From Acidimicrobiales bacterium (lineage in GTDB: Bacteria; Actinomycetota; Acidimicrobiia; Acidimicrobiales; Aldehydirespiratoraceae): DNA of 64,000 bases. The position numbers and the translations under genes are program-made. The DNA lies in assembly GCA_963422745.1 (NCBI GenBank), contig OY730477.1:1272880-1336879 (forward strand), in the 5' to 3' direction. The notes below the pieces were generated by a model, which saw only the letters and a list, made by a program, of their open reading frames with translations, was not told the DNA's origin and made no database searches. Below, one piece after another: positions 1 to 8,437 of the stretch (within the stretch, counting starts at the first letter, position 1; each line of letters starts with the position of its first letter).

Positions 1-233
1 AGGTGAAGTTCAGTTGCAGATGGGCATGGCGCAACGGCGACGTGGTCCTGTGGGATGAGCGTGTCACCTTGCACTCGGTGGTTGACGACACCGCGCAACG
101 TCGTGTTCTGCACCGCTGCTCGGTGCTCGGGGACCGCCCGGAAGCTCCGGCGTCGGCTCCCACATGGCCACGTCATGAAGCCGACAAGATGGCTTCATCA
201 GGCTATTTTGGCTTCGGCGGCTACGAATTCTGA
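1..233 (+). CDS. TauD/TfdA-family Fe(II)/2-oxoglutarate dioxygenase, C-terminal fragment (5' end lies outside the window)
   Basis: The frame is open from the window edge to TGA at 231-233. RWAWRNGDVVLWDERVTLH...RRVLHRCSVLGDRP matches the conserved C-terminal block of taurine-dioxygenase-type enzymes (WDNR-x-T-x-H ... RR-x-HR ... GD-x-P). Confidence 0.7.
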   Translation, partial: VKFSCRWAWRNGDVVLWDERVTLHSVVDDTAQRRVLHRCSVLGDRPEAPASAPTWPRHEADKMASSGYFGFGGYEF

Positions 234-415
234 TCCTCGGCGACATTGCACATGGCCCGACCATTGCACATGATCGTGGGTGGGAGCCTCCGGTGTTGGG
301 GTAGCGGAATCCGGTTATGGCATGCGACGGTCGGTTGTGATTGATGGATCGGGTCCGATTGAGCTGCCCGACATTGATCACAACCGAAGGGGATCAACCC
401 GACGGGGAAACCATT

Positions 416-1099
416 GTGGATTACAAGGCTGAATTTATTGAGTTCATGGTTCGAAGCGAGGTGTTGAAGTTCGGCGACTTCGTCACCAAGAGCGGTCGGA
501 GGACTCCGTACTTCCTTGATACCGGTCGCTACTGCACCGGCGAACAACTCGCACGCCTCGGCGACTACTACTCATGGGCGATCCGAAACAACTGGCTCGA
601 CGGTTTCGATCTGCTGTTCGGCCCGGCCTACAAAGGGATACCGTTGGTAACCACAACAGCAATAGCGTTGGCACGCCACGACCATGGCCGATCGGTCCGG
701 TGGTGCTTCAACCGCAAAGAGGTCAAGGATCACGGCGAAGGCGGGTTGCTCGTTGGTGCTCAGCCCCACGACGGTGATCGTGTCTTGATCGTGGAGGACG
801 TCACCACCGCGGGTACCTCAATTCGTGAGACCGTGCCGACACTGCGAGCCATTGCGGAAGTGGAGATTGTGGGGTTGGTCGTGTCGGTCGACCGCAAAGA
901 ACGCGGTCTCGCCGAAGGCTCAGCATTATCAGAGGTAGCCGACGAGTTTGACATGCCCGTGCATGCCATCGTCGACGTTGATGAGATCGTCGGGTATCTA
1001 CATGGCCGTGAGATTGATGGCCGGGTGCCACTCAACGATGACGTCGCCGCCCAGATGATCGCCTATCGGCAAACCTACGGTGCTCACCGAGTGGGCTGA
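416..1099 (+). CDS. pyrE: orotate phosphoribosyltransferase
   Basis: ORF 341..1099 contains FGDFVTKSGRRTPYFLDTG and the PRPP loop VLIVEDVTTAGTS. GTG 416, preceded by GGGGAAA, is the likelier start; ATG 341 is the alternative. Confidence 0.85.
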   Translation: MDYKAEFIEFMVRSEVLKFGDFVTKSGRRTPYFLDTGRYCTGEQLARLGDYYSWAIRNNWLDGFDLLFGPAYKGIPLVTTTAIALARHDHGRSVRWCFNRKEVKDHGEGGLLVGAQPHDGDRVLIVEDVTTAGTSIRETVPTLRAIAEVEIVGLVVSVDRKERGLAEGSALSEVADEFDMPVHAIVDVDEIVGYLHGREIDGRVPLNDDVAAQMIAYRQTYGAHRVG

Positions 1100-1134
1100 G
1101 ATCCAAGCGGATAATCGGCGAGGTGGATCGTCGT

Positions 1135-1932
1135 CTAATCGGCGAGGTAGATCGTCTCGGCGGGCCTTGCCCGGCTGTGTAGGCCACGGCGGGTGAGCAG
1201 ACCAGTGACGAAACCGAAAAGGAAACCTGCCACATGCGCGACCCAAGCCACGTCGCTGTCGTTTCCGATGAAGAACTGCGACCCAAACCAGATCACCAGC
1301 AGAACTGCCGCTGGAAGCCGAGAGAGGATCGGGATGACCCCGACCATGATCAGCACCCGCAGCCTTGTGAGCGGGAACCAGGCCAAGACGATTCCCATCA
1401 CCCCGGCCACAGCTCCAGATGCACCAATGACGGGCACGGTGGAGTCGTGTAACGCCACTATGTGAGCGATCGTTGCCACCACGCCCGAAGCCGCGTAGAG
1501 CAAAACGAAACGGGCGGCTCCCGTGTGGTCCTCAACGATCCTGCCGAAGACCCACAAGAACACGAGGTTGCCAATCAAATGGAGCCATCCGCCGTGCAGA
1601 AACATTGAGATCGGTATGGCGAGCCAAAGGTTCTTGTCCCCAAACACCGCCGCCTCAACAGGTCCGTCAATGCAGGCATCAGTCAGCCCCAAGGTCGCCG
1701 TCGCGGCGATCTCCAACGCGGACAGCGGGCGGAACTGGGTGAGTTCACACGGCACAACCGCGTGCTGGTAATTGAACCACATCTCCTCAACGATCTCGGC
1801 CTGTGTCGAGCTGCCGATGTTGCGCACCGCACTCGGCTGCCAGAACACGAACACCGCAATGCATGCCGCAACGATCAGCAATGTCATCACTGCTCGCCGC
1901 CGTGTGGATGTTTCGTCGCGAAGCGGAATCAC
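1135..1932 (-). CDS. rhomboid-family intramembrane serine protease
   Basis: Contains HGGWLHLIGNLVFLWVFG and the catalytic GASGAVAGVMG (GxSG) motif, with multiple hydrophobic helices. GTG start. Confidence 0.85.
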   Translation of the reverse strand: MIPLRDETSTRRRAVMTLLIVAACIAVFVFWQPSAVRNIGSSTQAEIVEEMWFNYQHAVVPCELTQFRPLSALEIAATATLGLTDACIDGPVEAAVFGDKNLWLAIPISMFLHGGWLHLIGNLVFLWVFGRIVEDHTGAARFVLLYAASGVVATIAHIVALHDSTVPVIGASGAVAGVMGIVLAWFPLTRLRVLIMVGVIPILSRLPAAVLLVIWFGSQFFIGNDSDVAWVAHVAGFLFGFVTGLLTRRGLHSRARPAETIYLAD

Positions 1933-2009
1933 GCCGGGCTTCGGGTCATTTGCTCATCCGGATCATTTGCTCATTGGCCATGTCGCTGGGAGCACTTCGT
2001 TGGGTCGTC

Positions 2010-2437
2010 TGGACCTGCTGTGGTGCGCTGTCGAACCCTATCTTGAAGCTGTCTGGAGATACATGGGCCGCCTGTTGGTGGTGTGCTGTCGGGCCCGCCA
2101 CCGCCGCCTTACATTTGTCGCATGGCAGCCGTTTGGACCTGTTGGTGGTGTGCTGTGGGGCCCTATCTTGAGGCTGTCTGGAGATACATGGGCGGCCGTT
2201 TGGACCTGTTGGTGGTGTGCTGTGGGGCCCTATCTTGAGGCTGTCTGGAGATACATGGGCGGCCGTTTGGACCTGTTGGTGGTGTGCTGTGGGGCCCTAT
2301 CTTGAGGCTGTCTGGAGATACATGGGCGGCCGTTTGGACCTGTTGGTGGTGTGCTGTGGGGCCCTATCTTGAGGCTGTCTGGAGATACATGGGCGGCCGT
2401 TTGGACCTGTTGGTGGTGTGCTGTCGAACCCTGTCAG
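2010..2437. repeat. 67-bp tandem minisatellite: 4 identical units (2134-2401), one truncated unit and degenerate units upstream
   Basis: Direct reading shows the unit TGGACCTGTTGGTGGTGTGCTGTGGGGCCCTATCTTGAGGCTGTCTGGAGATACATGGGCGGCCGTT starting at 2134, 2201, 2268, 2335 and 2402. Both array ends carry CTGTCGAACCCT. Confidence 0.95.
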
Positions 2438-2560
2438 ATTAGTTGAAGTCGGATGCCAGTAGTGATGTTGGGTGATTGTGTTGAGATGGTGTCCGAAGCG
2501 GCTCAAGCGCCGAACAGCGGATGCACAGGTTTCATTTCGCCAAGGGTCACCGGGCATGAT

Positions 2561-3361
2561 ATGAGAATGAACGCTGAACGTCTGATGGCGTTGTTCGGTC
2601 TCAACGATAAACGTGCCTTGGTGACAGGCGGCAGCCGAGGCATCGGCGCCATGATCGCCGAGGGTCTGCTTGACGCGGGCTGCGAAGTGCTCATCTCGGC
2701 GCGCAAGGCCGACCAGATCGCCGCAACCGTCGAAAGGCTCGGCGCCAAAGGCAAGATCTCCGGTGTCGCCGCCGATCTGTCCACCGACGAAGGCGTCAAG
2801 CGCCTCGTAGCTTTCGTGGCTGAGCGTTGGGATTCGCTGCACATTCTCTGCAACAATGCGGGCGCGGCCTGGGGTGAACCGATAGATACGTTTCCGCCCC
2901 ATGGTTGGGACAAGGTGATGAACGTCAACGTACGCAGCGTGTTTTTTGTCACCCAATCGCTGCTGGGGTTGCTGAGGGCCGGGGCTTGCGCAACGGCACC
3001 CGCCCGGATCATCAACACAGGCTCTGTGAATGGTCTTACCCCGCCGGACTCGGATGCCTTCTCGTATTCGTCATCAAAGGCCGCCGTACATATGTTGACC
3101 CGTCACCTGGCAAAGCAACTCGCCCCGGAGCACATAACTGTCAACGCCATCGCGCCTGGGCCGTTCGATTCACAGATGATGGCGTATGTGCTCGATGATC
3201 CGGTAGCTCGGTCCTTGATCGCGGCGGAAGTTCCGTTGGGCCGGATCGGCGTACCCGACGACATGGCCGGTGTGGCTGTCTACCTCGCCTCAACCGCTGG
3301 CGCATATGTCACCGGTGCGGTGATCCCGGTGGGGGGCGGATTGTCAGTCGTTGCCGGGTAG
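2561..3361 (+). CDS. short-chain dehydrogenase/reductase (classical SDR)
   Basis: Contains the TGGSRGIG cofactor motif and the YSSSK catalytic YxxxK. ATG 2561 lies inside ORF 2453..3361, whose upstream part runs into the repeat array. Confidence 0.85.
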   Translation: MRMNAERLMALFGLNDKRALVTGGSRGIGAMIAEGLLDAGCEVLISARKADQIAATVERLGAKGKISGVAADLSTDEGVKRLVAFVAERWDSLHILCNNAGAAWGEPIDTFPPHGWDKVMNVNVRSVFFVTQSLLGLLRAGACATAPARIINTGSVNGLTPPDSDAFSYSSSKAAVHMLTRHLAKQLAPEHITVNAIAPGPFDSQMMAYVLDDPVARSLIAAEVPLGRIGVPDDMAGVAVYLASTAGAYVTGAVIPVGGGLSVVAG

Positions 3362-4558
3362 TCGGCGCAGGCGAACCGGCAGAGACTTGAGTGAGTTGTT
3401 GAGGTTGGACCGCTGACGGCTCGGATCGCCTGACAAATGAAGCTCGGGCCAGCGTTGGAGTACCTCCTCAAAGAAGATCCGACCTTCAAGTCGGGCGAGG
3501 TGCACACCCAAACAGAAGTGCGCGCCGATACCGAATGAGAGGTGAGGGTTCGGGTTGCGTCGCACATCAAACGTGTGTGGATCGTCAAACACCGCATCGT
3601 CACGATTTGCCGACGTGTACACCATCGCCACTTTGTCACCCGCCGCGATATCAACCCCGGCCAGGGTTGTGTTGGTCATCGCTGTGCGCCGGAAGTAGTG
3701 CAAGGGGTTAGCCCAACGCAGGATCTCATCTACCGCGCCCGGCAATAGCCCATGATCGGCTCGTACCGCGGCGAGCTGATCGGGATGCGACAATAATGCC
3801 AGCATCCCAGAGGACAGCATTGTTCGGGTGGTGTCGTTACCGGCAGTGACCAGCTGGACGAAGAACCGGCCGAATCCAATGTCGGTCATCGCAGCGCCTT
3901 CAAACTCACTGCTGAGAAGTAGGTCAGTCAGGTCTCCGAGGGGCTCATGGCAGCGCCTTTCGGCTGCGAACTGCATGGCGTAAGCCGCCATCTCCATGCT
4001 CGAACTTCCCCGATTATTGCTTTCGGCGATATCGGGATCCTGACCGCCGCTGTTGCGCTCAGCCAATGCGTGGATGTAGCCCCAGTCCTGTTTGGGTAGC
4101 CCGAGAAGCTCACCAATCACCTGGCTCGGCAGATGAGCACAAACATCATGGACGAACTCAATCTCGTCGCCGAGCGTCTCTGCCCGATCCAGGATCTGTC
4201 GAGTGATCTCTCGAATCCGTACCTTGAGACCGTCAATGACTCTGGCCTTGAACTCCGGTGCGAGCGGACGTCGGTAGGCGGTGTGGCGGGGTGGGTCCAT
4301 TGCTAGCAACATGTCGCGCATGTTTTGCAGTGACACGGGATCGAGATCCTCAACCACGACGCCTCCCTGCGCGGCACTAAAGATCTCGGTGTGTCGGGAT
4401 ACGTGGACGACGTCGTGGTACTTAAGCACGGCCCAGTAGCCGGGCTCGTCGTCCATGTCGACCCAGACGACGGGCTGCGTTCGTCGCAGTTCCTCGAACA
4501 GTTCGTGGGGAGGTCCGTTGACGTACGTTTCTGAGCGAGCAATGACCGCAGGTGACAT
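3344..4558 (-). CDS. cytochrome P450
   Basis: Contains the heme-thiolate loop FGIGAHFCLGVHLARLE, the I-helix AGNDTT and an EILRW (ExxR) motif. ATG at 4558, with an adjacent GTG at 4561. Confidence 0.9.
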   Translation of the reverse strand: MSPAVIARSETYVNGPPHELFEELRRTQPVVWVDMDDEPGYWAVLKYHDVVHVSRHTEIFSAAQGGVVVEDLDPVSLQNMRDMLLAMDPPRHTAYRRPLAPEFKARVIDGLKVRIREITRQILDRAETLGDEIEFVHDVCAHLPSQVIGELLGLPKQDWGYIHALAERNSGGQDPDIAESNNRGSSSMEMAAYAMQFAAERRCHEPLGDLTDLLLSSEFEGAAMTDIGFGRFFVQLVTAGNDTTRTMLSSGMLALLSHPDQLAAVRADHGLLPGAVDEILRWANPLHYFRRTAMTNTTLAGVDIAAGDKVAMVYTSANRDDAVFDDPHTFDVRRNPNPHLSFGIGAHFCLGVHLARLEGRIFFEEVLQRWPELHLSGDPSRQRSNLNNSLKSLPVRLRRLPGND

Positions 4559-4724
4559 CACGGCATCAACAATATCGTTTGCTGAGTAGGGGAATCCTTG
4601 ATTGTTGCAATAAGGATCGTTGGGTCGACGGCCTTGCGGAATCCGCGGTTCGGACTGCTACGGTCACTGATTGGCTACGAACCAGGCGACGATTCGTGGG
4701 GAAGACTCCTAGGAGGCGCAACGC

Positions 4725-4997
4725 ATGGCAACAGGTCGATCCAGTTTCGCGAAGCGTCAGCGGGACATGGCCAAGAAGGCGAGGGCGGCGGCGAAACGCG
4801 AAAAGCGATTGGACCGTGACAGCGCGGTTGGTATTGACGAGCCGGGCGACAGCGATGCGAGGGGACCGACACTCTCCAACGACGAGATAATGGCGAGGGT
4901 TGCCGAACTTCACCGTCGTTATGACGACGGACAGATGGATCTCAACACTTTCGACGAAGAAAAGACTGCCCTCATGGCGCAGTTTTCCATTGACTGA
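4725..4997 (+). CDS. small conserved-looking protein with a basic N-terminus and a SHOCT-like C-terminal helix pair
   Basis: A canonical AGGAGG (4711-4716) lies 8 nt before ATG 4725. The C-terminus VAELHRRYDDGQMDLNTFDEEKTALMAQ resembles the SHOCT motif. Confidence 0.6.
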   Translation: MATGRSSFAKRQRDMAKKARAAAKREKRLDRDSAVGIDEPGDSDARGPTLSNDEIMARVAELHRRYDDGQMDLNTFDEEKTALMAQFSID

Positions 4998-5047
4998 ACA
5001 TCACAACACTTCAACACGAATCCAGCTGACCTGATCGTGCGGGCTTC

Positions 5048-5632
5048 TCATCTCAGCAGCTCAACGATATGGCGTCGCAACTCCCTGATGCCCGTACCGT
5101 GAGCTGCGCTCACCCAGTGCATGTCGGCGCTACCGAGTCGCTGGCAGAGTCGGCTTCTGGATCCATTTCGTTTTGACGGCCTTATCTTGTCGACCTTGGT
5201 GGCGACGAAGTGAATTCGTTGATCCAGCGATCGAAGCCACTCAACGGCCTCGAGATCAAGTTTGGTAGGGCCTACAAGACCGTCGATCAGATGCAAAACC
5301 CCCACCAACGATTCCCGTTGGCTGAGGTAACGCGTGACCATGTCGGCCCATCGTTGTTTCTCCTTCTTGGACACCTTTGCATAGCCGTAACCCGGTAGAT
5401 CCATCAGCACCCGCCCGCTTTGGTCAGGTCCCAACTCGAAGGCATTGAGCAAGCGGGTAGCGCCTGGGGTCTTCGACGTTCTCGCGAGGTTGGCATTTCG
5501 TGCTAAGGCGTTGAGCAGCGAGGACTTGCCGACATTGGAACGTCCCACGATCGCAATTTCTGAGCGTGTGTATTTCAATTCGTCAACATCGGCATATGAC
5601 CTGAGAAATCGCAGCGCAAGGGGAGCGGTCAC
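5048..5632 (-). CDS. engB: ribosome-biogenesis GTPase YsxC/EngB
   Basis: Contains G1 GRSNVGKSSLLNAL, G3 DLPGYGYA and TKVDK (NKxD-like). Confidence 0.9.
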   Translation of the reverse strand: MTAPLALRFLRSYADVDELKYTRSEIAIVGRSNVGKSSLLNALARNANLARTSKTPGATRLLNAFELGPDQSGRVLMDLPGYGYAKVSKKEKQRWADMVTRYLSQRESLVGVLHLIDGLVGPTKLDLEAVEWLRSLDQRIHFVATKVDKIRPSKRNGSRSRLCQRLGSADMHWVSAAHGTGIRELRRHIVELLR

Positions 5633-5760
5633 GACGTAAAGGCTACGACCCGTCCATGGCCGCCAGCGGCTCCGTTACTGGTCGGCGGCGGCTGCGCCAG
5701 GTGGGGGTTCTGGCGTCGGGTTTGCTGCGGTGGTTTGGGGGTGCCTGTTTGAGGCCGGGG

Positions 5761-6786
5761 TTAGGTTGCCTTTAGTGCCTCCATTACCGGGCGCCAGCGA
5801 CGGATGTCACCCTGGCCCGGTGCATAGAAGCTGATCCGATCAACCAGATCGTCGTAGCGCTGGTGCAGTTCCGCAGCGATCGTGTCGGGCTCACCCACAA
5901 CCGCGAATGTATTCAGAATCTCGTCGTCGATCAGGCGTCCCATCTCAACCCAGTCACCCTTTTTGGACAGGGTGTTCAGCTTGGGTTGCAGACCTCCCCA
6001 GCCGTGCAGTTCCAGAACCTTGCGGTAGGCGGGGGTTGATCCGTAAAACGCAATCTGTTGGCGGGTAGCATCAGCCGCGGCCTGCATCTCTGGTTCGTTT
6101 TGCCCGCTCACAACGAAAAAAGGCCCCGAAATCTGAAAACCGTCCATGGTCTTGCCAGCCTTCTCGCGGCCCTTGGCGACGTTGGGAATCGTTACCTCTC
6201 GCAGATATTTCTCGGTGGTAAAGCCATGGCAGATGAGTCCATCGCAAACCTCACCTGCGGTCTGGGTCATCAACTCGCCCACCGCCGCCAACCAGATTTT
6301 CGGTGGGCCGTGGTCAATGATGTCGCTACGGTCCGGGGCGAAGAACGGGGTCATGAGCGTGTGTTGATAGAACTCTCCCCGAAAATCCAGCCGGGTGCCG
6401 TTCTGCCATGAATCCCAGATCGCACGAATCGCTTGGATCATCTCACGCATGCGCGCCGCCGGCGCGGACCAATCCATTGAGAAACGTTTGGTTATGTGGG
6501 GTTTGATCTGACTGCCCAGACCCAGGTTGAACCGTCCGTTGGTTAGGGCTTGCAGGTCCCATCCCAGGTTTGCCAACAGCATCGGGTTGCGTGCGAAGGC
6601 AACGGCGATGGCAGTTCCGAATTCGAGTCGATCGGCGTGTCCTGCCGCTACTGCAATTGGCAGGAACGGGTCGTGGCCGGTCTCAGCAGTCCAGACGCCG
6701 TCATAGCCAGCGGCTTGTTGGGACCGAGCATTGTTCGCGATCTGGGTGATGTCGGGGGTTAACCCCAATCCTCCGTCAACTTTCAT
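5761..6786 (-). CDS. luciferase-like (LLM class) F420-dependent oxidoreductase
   Basis: The LLM fold signature runs from MKVDGGLG to ...FNLGLGSQIKPHITKRF... ATG at 6786. The longer ORF form to 7077 reads through the 121-bp repeat and is rejected. Confidence 0.85.
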   Translation of the reverse strand: MKVDGGLGLTPDITQIANNARSQQAAGYDGVWTAETGHDPFLPIAVAAGHADRLEFGTAIAVAFARNPMLLANLGWDLQALTNGRFNLGLGSQIKPHITKRFSMDWSAPAARMREMIQAIRAIWDSWQNGTRLDFRGEFYQHTLMTPFFAPDRSDIIDHGPPKIWLAAVGELMTQTAGEVCDGLICHGFTTEKYLREVTIPNVAKGREKAGKTMDGFQISGPFFVVSGQNEPEMQAAADATRQQIAFYGSTPAYRKVLELHGWGGLQPKLNTLSKKGDWVEMGRLIDDEILNTFAVVGEPDTIAAELHQRYDDLVDRISFYAPGQGDIRRWRPVMEALKAT

Positions 6787-6811
6787 GGCGCAACAATGCC
6801 CTGCGAACTCC

Positions 6812-7073
6812 CGCGACACCAAACACTGCCCGGCCGTACCCGCCGTCCTCGTCCTCTCGATCTCTCGCGACACCAAACACTGCCCGCCCGCACCAAGTCT
6901 GGGAATGATGCCATTAGCGGCTGCGATCTCCCCGCGACACCAAACACTGCCGGCCCGTACCCGCCGTCCTCGTCCTCTCGATCTCTCGCGACACCAAACA
7001 CTGCCCGCCCGCACCAAGTCTGGGAATGATGCCATTAGCGGCTGCGATCTCCCCGCGACACCAAACACGGATT
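6812..7073. repeat. 121-bp tandem repeat (2 units plus a partial third) containing the 20-nt motif CGCGACACCAAACACTGCC five times
   Basis: The motif starts at 6812, 6866, 6933, 6987 and 7054 (spacing 54/67/54/67). The two full units differ at 2 positions. Confidence 0.9.
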
Positions 7074-7112
7074 GCACTGGTCGGCGATACGGCCCCGGTA
7101 CGGTTTCAGGCT

Positions 7113-8213
7113 ATGAAGGTGCTTGTTATGGGCGGAACCCGGTTCAATGGTCTGGCATTGGTGCGCGAACTCGTCATCCAAGGTCACGAGGTCACGATCT
7201 GCAATCGCGGCCGTACGCAAGCCGAGTTGCCCGAAGGCGTTCAACGCCTGATCGCCGATCGTAGCGACCACGACCGTCTCTGTGAGGTGCTGGGCAGCGG
7301 GGACTTTGATGTCGTTCACGACATGACCGCTTATCACCCCGAAGACGTCGACATCATGATCAAAGTGCTTCATGATCGTGTCGGTCACTACATCTTCGCT
7401 AGTTCAACGGTGACCTACCAGAGCAAGGACACGATCATCACCGAGGATGATCCCGACGAACGCGGCCCGACTCAGATCGAGTACGGCCTACACAAGCTGC
7501 TGTGCGAGGACCGCCTGTTTGAGGCACACGCCGAGCTGGGATTCCCCGCCACCAGCGTGCCGTTCTCCATGGTTGTCGGTCCCCACAACGCTATGACCGA
7601 CCGTGAGCAACGCATGTTCAAGCGTTTGATCGATGGCCGTCGGGTCTTGATACCCGGCGACGGCTCGACGCTTCTGCAGCTTGGCGATGTCGGAGACCAG
7701 AGCCGAGCCCTGGTGGCGATGATGGGCCAGCTACAGACCTTCGGGCGGCGCTACAACCTAACCGGAGCGCACCCATTGACCCGCAACGAATACGTGGCGA
7801 CCATTTCGGGGATCGTCGGGCGCGAAGCCGAGGTGCGGTTCGTTCCCGATAACCTGATGGAAGACCTTTGGACGGGTCGTCGACCCGTCGACATTGGCCC
7901 GCCCAGCGGCACGCTTGATGTCCGACCGAGTTCACCTGACAAACCCGAGGATCCTCGAGCGATGCTGCGAACCCGGTTCTTGTTGTGCCTCAACCTGATT
8001 CAGCAGCTGGCGCCGAACATCCACTGGTGGGATCAAGACACGGTCTTTGGGATCAACCGGCTGCGGTCCGACATTGGCTGGGTACCGACCGAAACCACCG
8101 AATCAATGTTGGACCGCGCCTATCGCTGGTGGCATGACAGCGGTGGCGTTGACTTTGCCTACGATTGGGATGCTGAGGATCGGATTCTGGCGATGATTCC
8201 CGCAGCTAGCTGA
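7113..8213 (+). CDS. NAD-dependent epimerase/dehydratase family protein (extended SDR)
   Basis: MKVLVMGGTRFNGLALVREL is a Rossmann GxxGxxG N-terminus. ATG 7113 lies inside ORF 7026..8213. Confidence 0.8.
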   Translation: MKVLVMGGTRFNGLALVRELVIQGHEVTICNRGRTQAELPEGVQRLIADRSDHDRLCEVLGSGDFDVVHDMTAYHPEDVDIMIKVLHDRVGHYIFASSTVTYQSKDTIITEDDPDERGPTQIEYGLHKLLCEDRLFEAHAELGFPATSVPFSMVVGPHNAMTDREQRMFKRLIDGRRVLIPGDGSTLLQLGDVGDQSRALVAMMGQLQTFGRRYNLTGAHPLTRNEYVATISGIVGREAEVRFVPDNLMEDLWTGRRPVDIGPPSGTLDVRPSSPDKPEDPRAMLRTRFLLCLNLIQQLAPNIHWWDQDTVFGINRLRSDIGWVPTETTESMLDRAYRWWHDSGGVDFAYDWDAEDRILAMIPAAS

Positions 8214-8251
8214 GCGCCGACATCGGCGTCGCAGTGGTTGATTCCTTTAGC

Positions 8252-8429
8252 CGGGGCGCTCGTACGTTTGACGCGGTGGCTGGTTCTTTCTGATCGGGGC
8301 GGCTTATTCGTTTGACGCGGTGGCTGGTTCTTTCTGGCCGGGGTGGCTGGGTTCTTCTTGGCCGGGGCGGCTTGTTCGTTTGACGCGGTGGCTGGTTCTT
8401 TTGACCGGGTAGCTGGGTATTGCTTGACG
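8252..8429. repeat. 43-44-nt tandem repeat (3 full units, one internally deleted 24-nt unit, one partial unit)
   Basis: Units CGGGGCGGCTTGTTCGTTTGACGCGGTGGCTGGTTCTTTCTGGC start at 8252, 8295, 8339 (short), 8363 and 8406. The array lies between two convergent genes. Confidence 0.85.
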
Positions 8430-8437
8430 TAGTCGAA

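Noticed and set aside
1772-2305. ORFs running through the repeat arrays (1762..2046, 1772..2305, 1803..2171, 6731..7264, 6796..7029, 8206..8586, 53570..54106, 53716..54207, 61698..62354).
   Set aside because: Unit lengths of 67, 121, 44, 50 and 65 nt are not multiples of 3, so the frames cycle. The products are repeat-driven low-complexity strings, and no RBS or start context supports them.
5761-7077. Long N-terminal extensions offered by the ORF track (5761..7077, 7026..8213, 2453..3361, 26772..28742, 34002..35627, 39229..41028, 48209..49648, 17485..18759, 18560..20374).
   Set aside because: The family-conserved N-termini begin at internal start codons. The extensions cross repeats, overlap neighbouring genes or run antisense to them.
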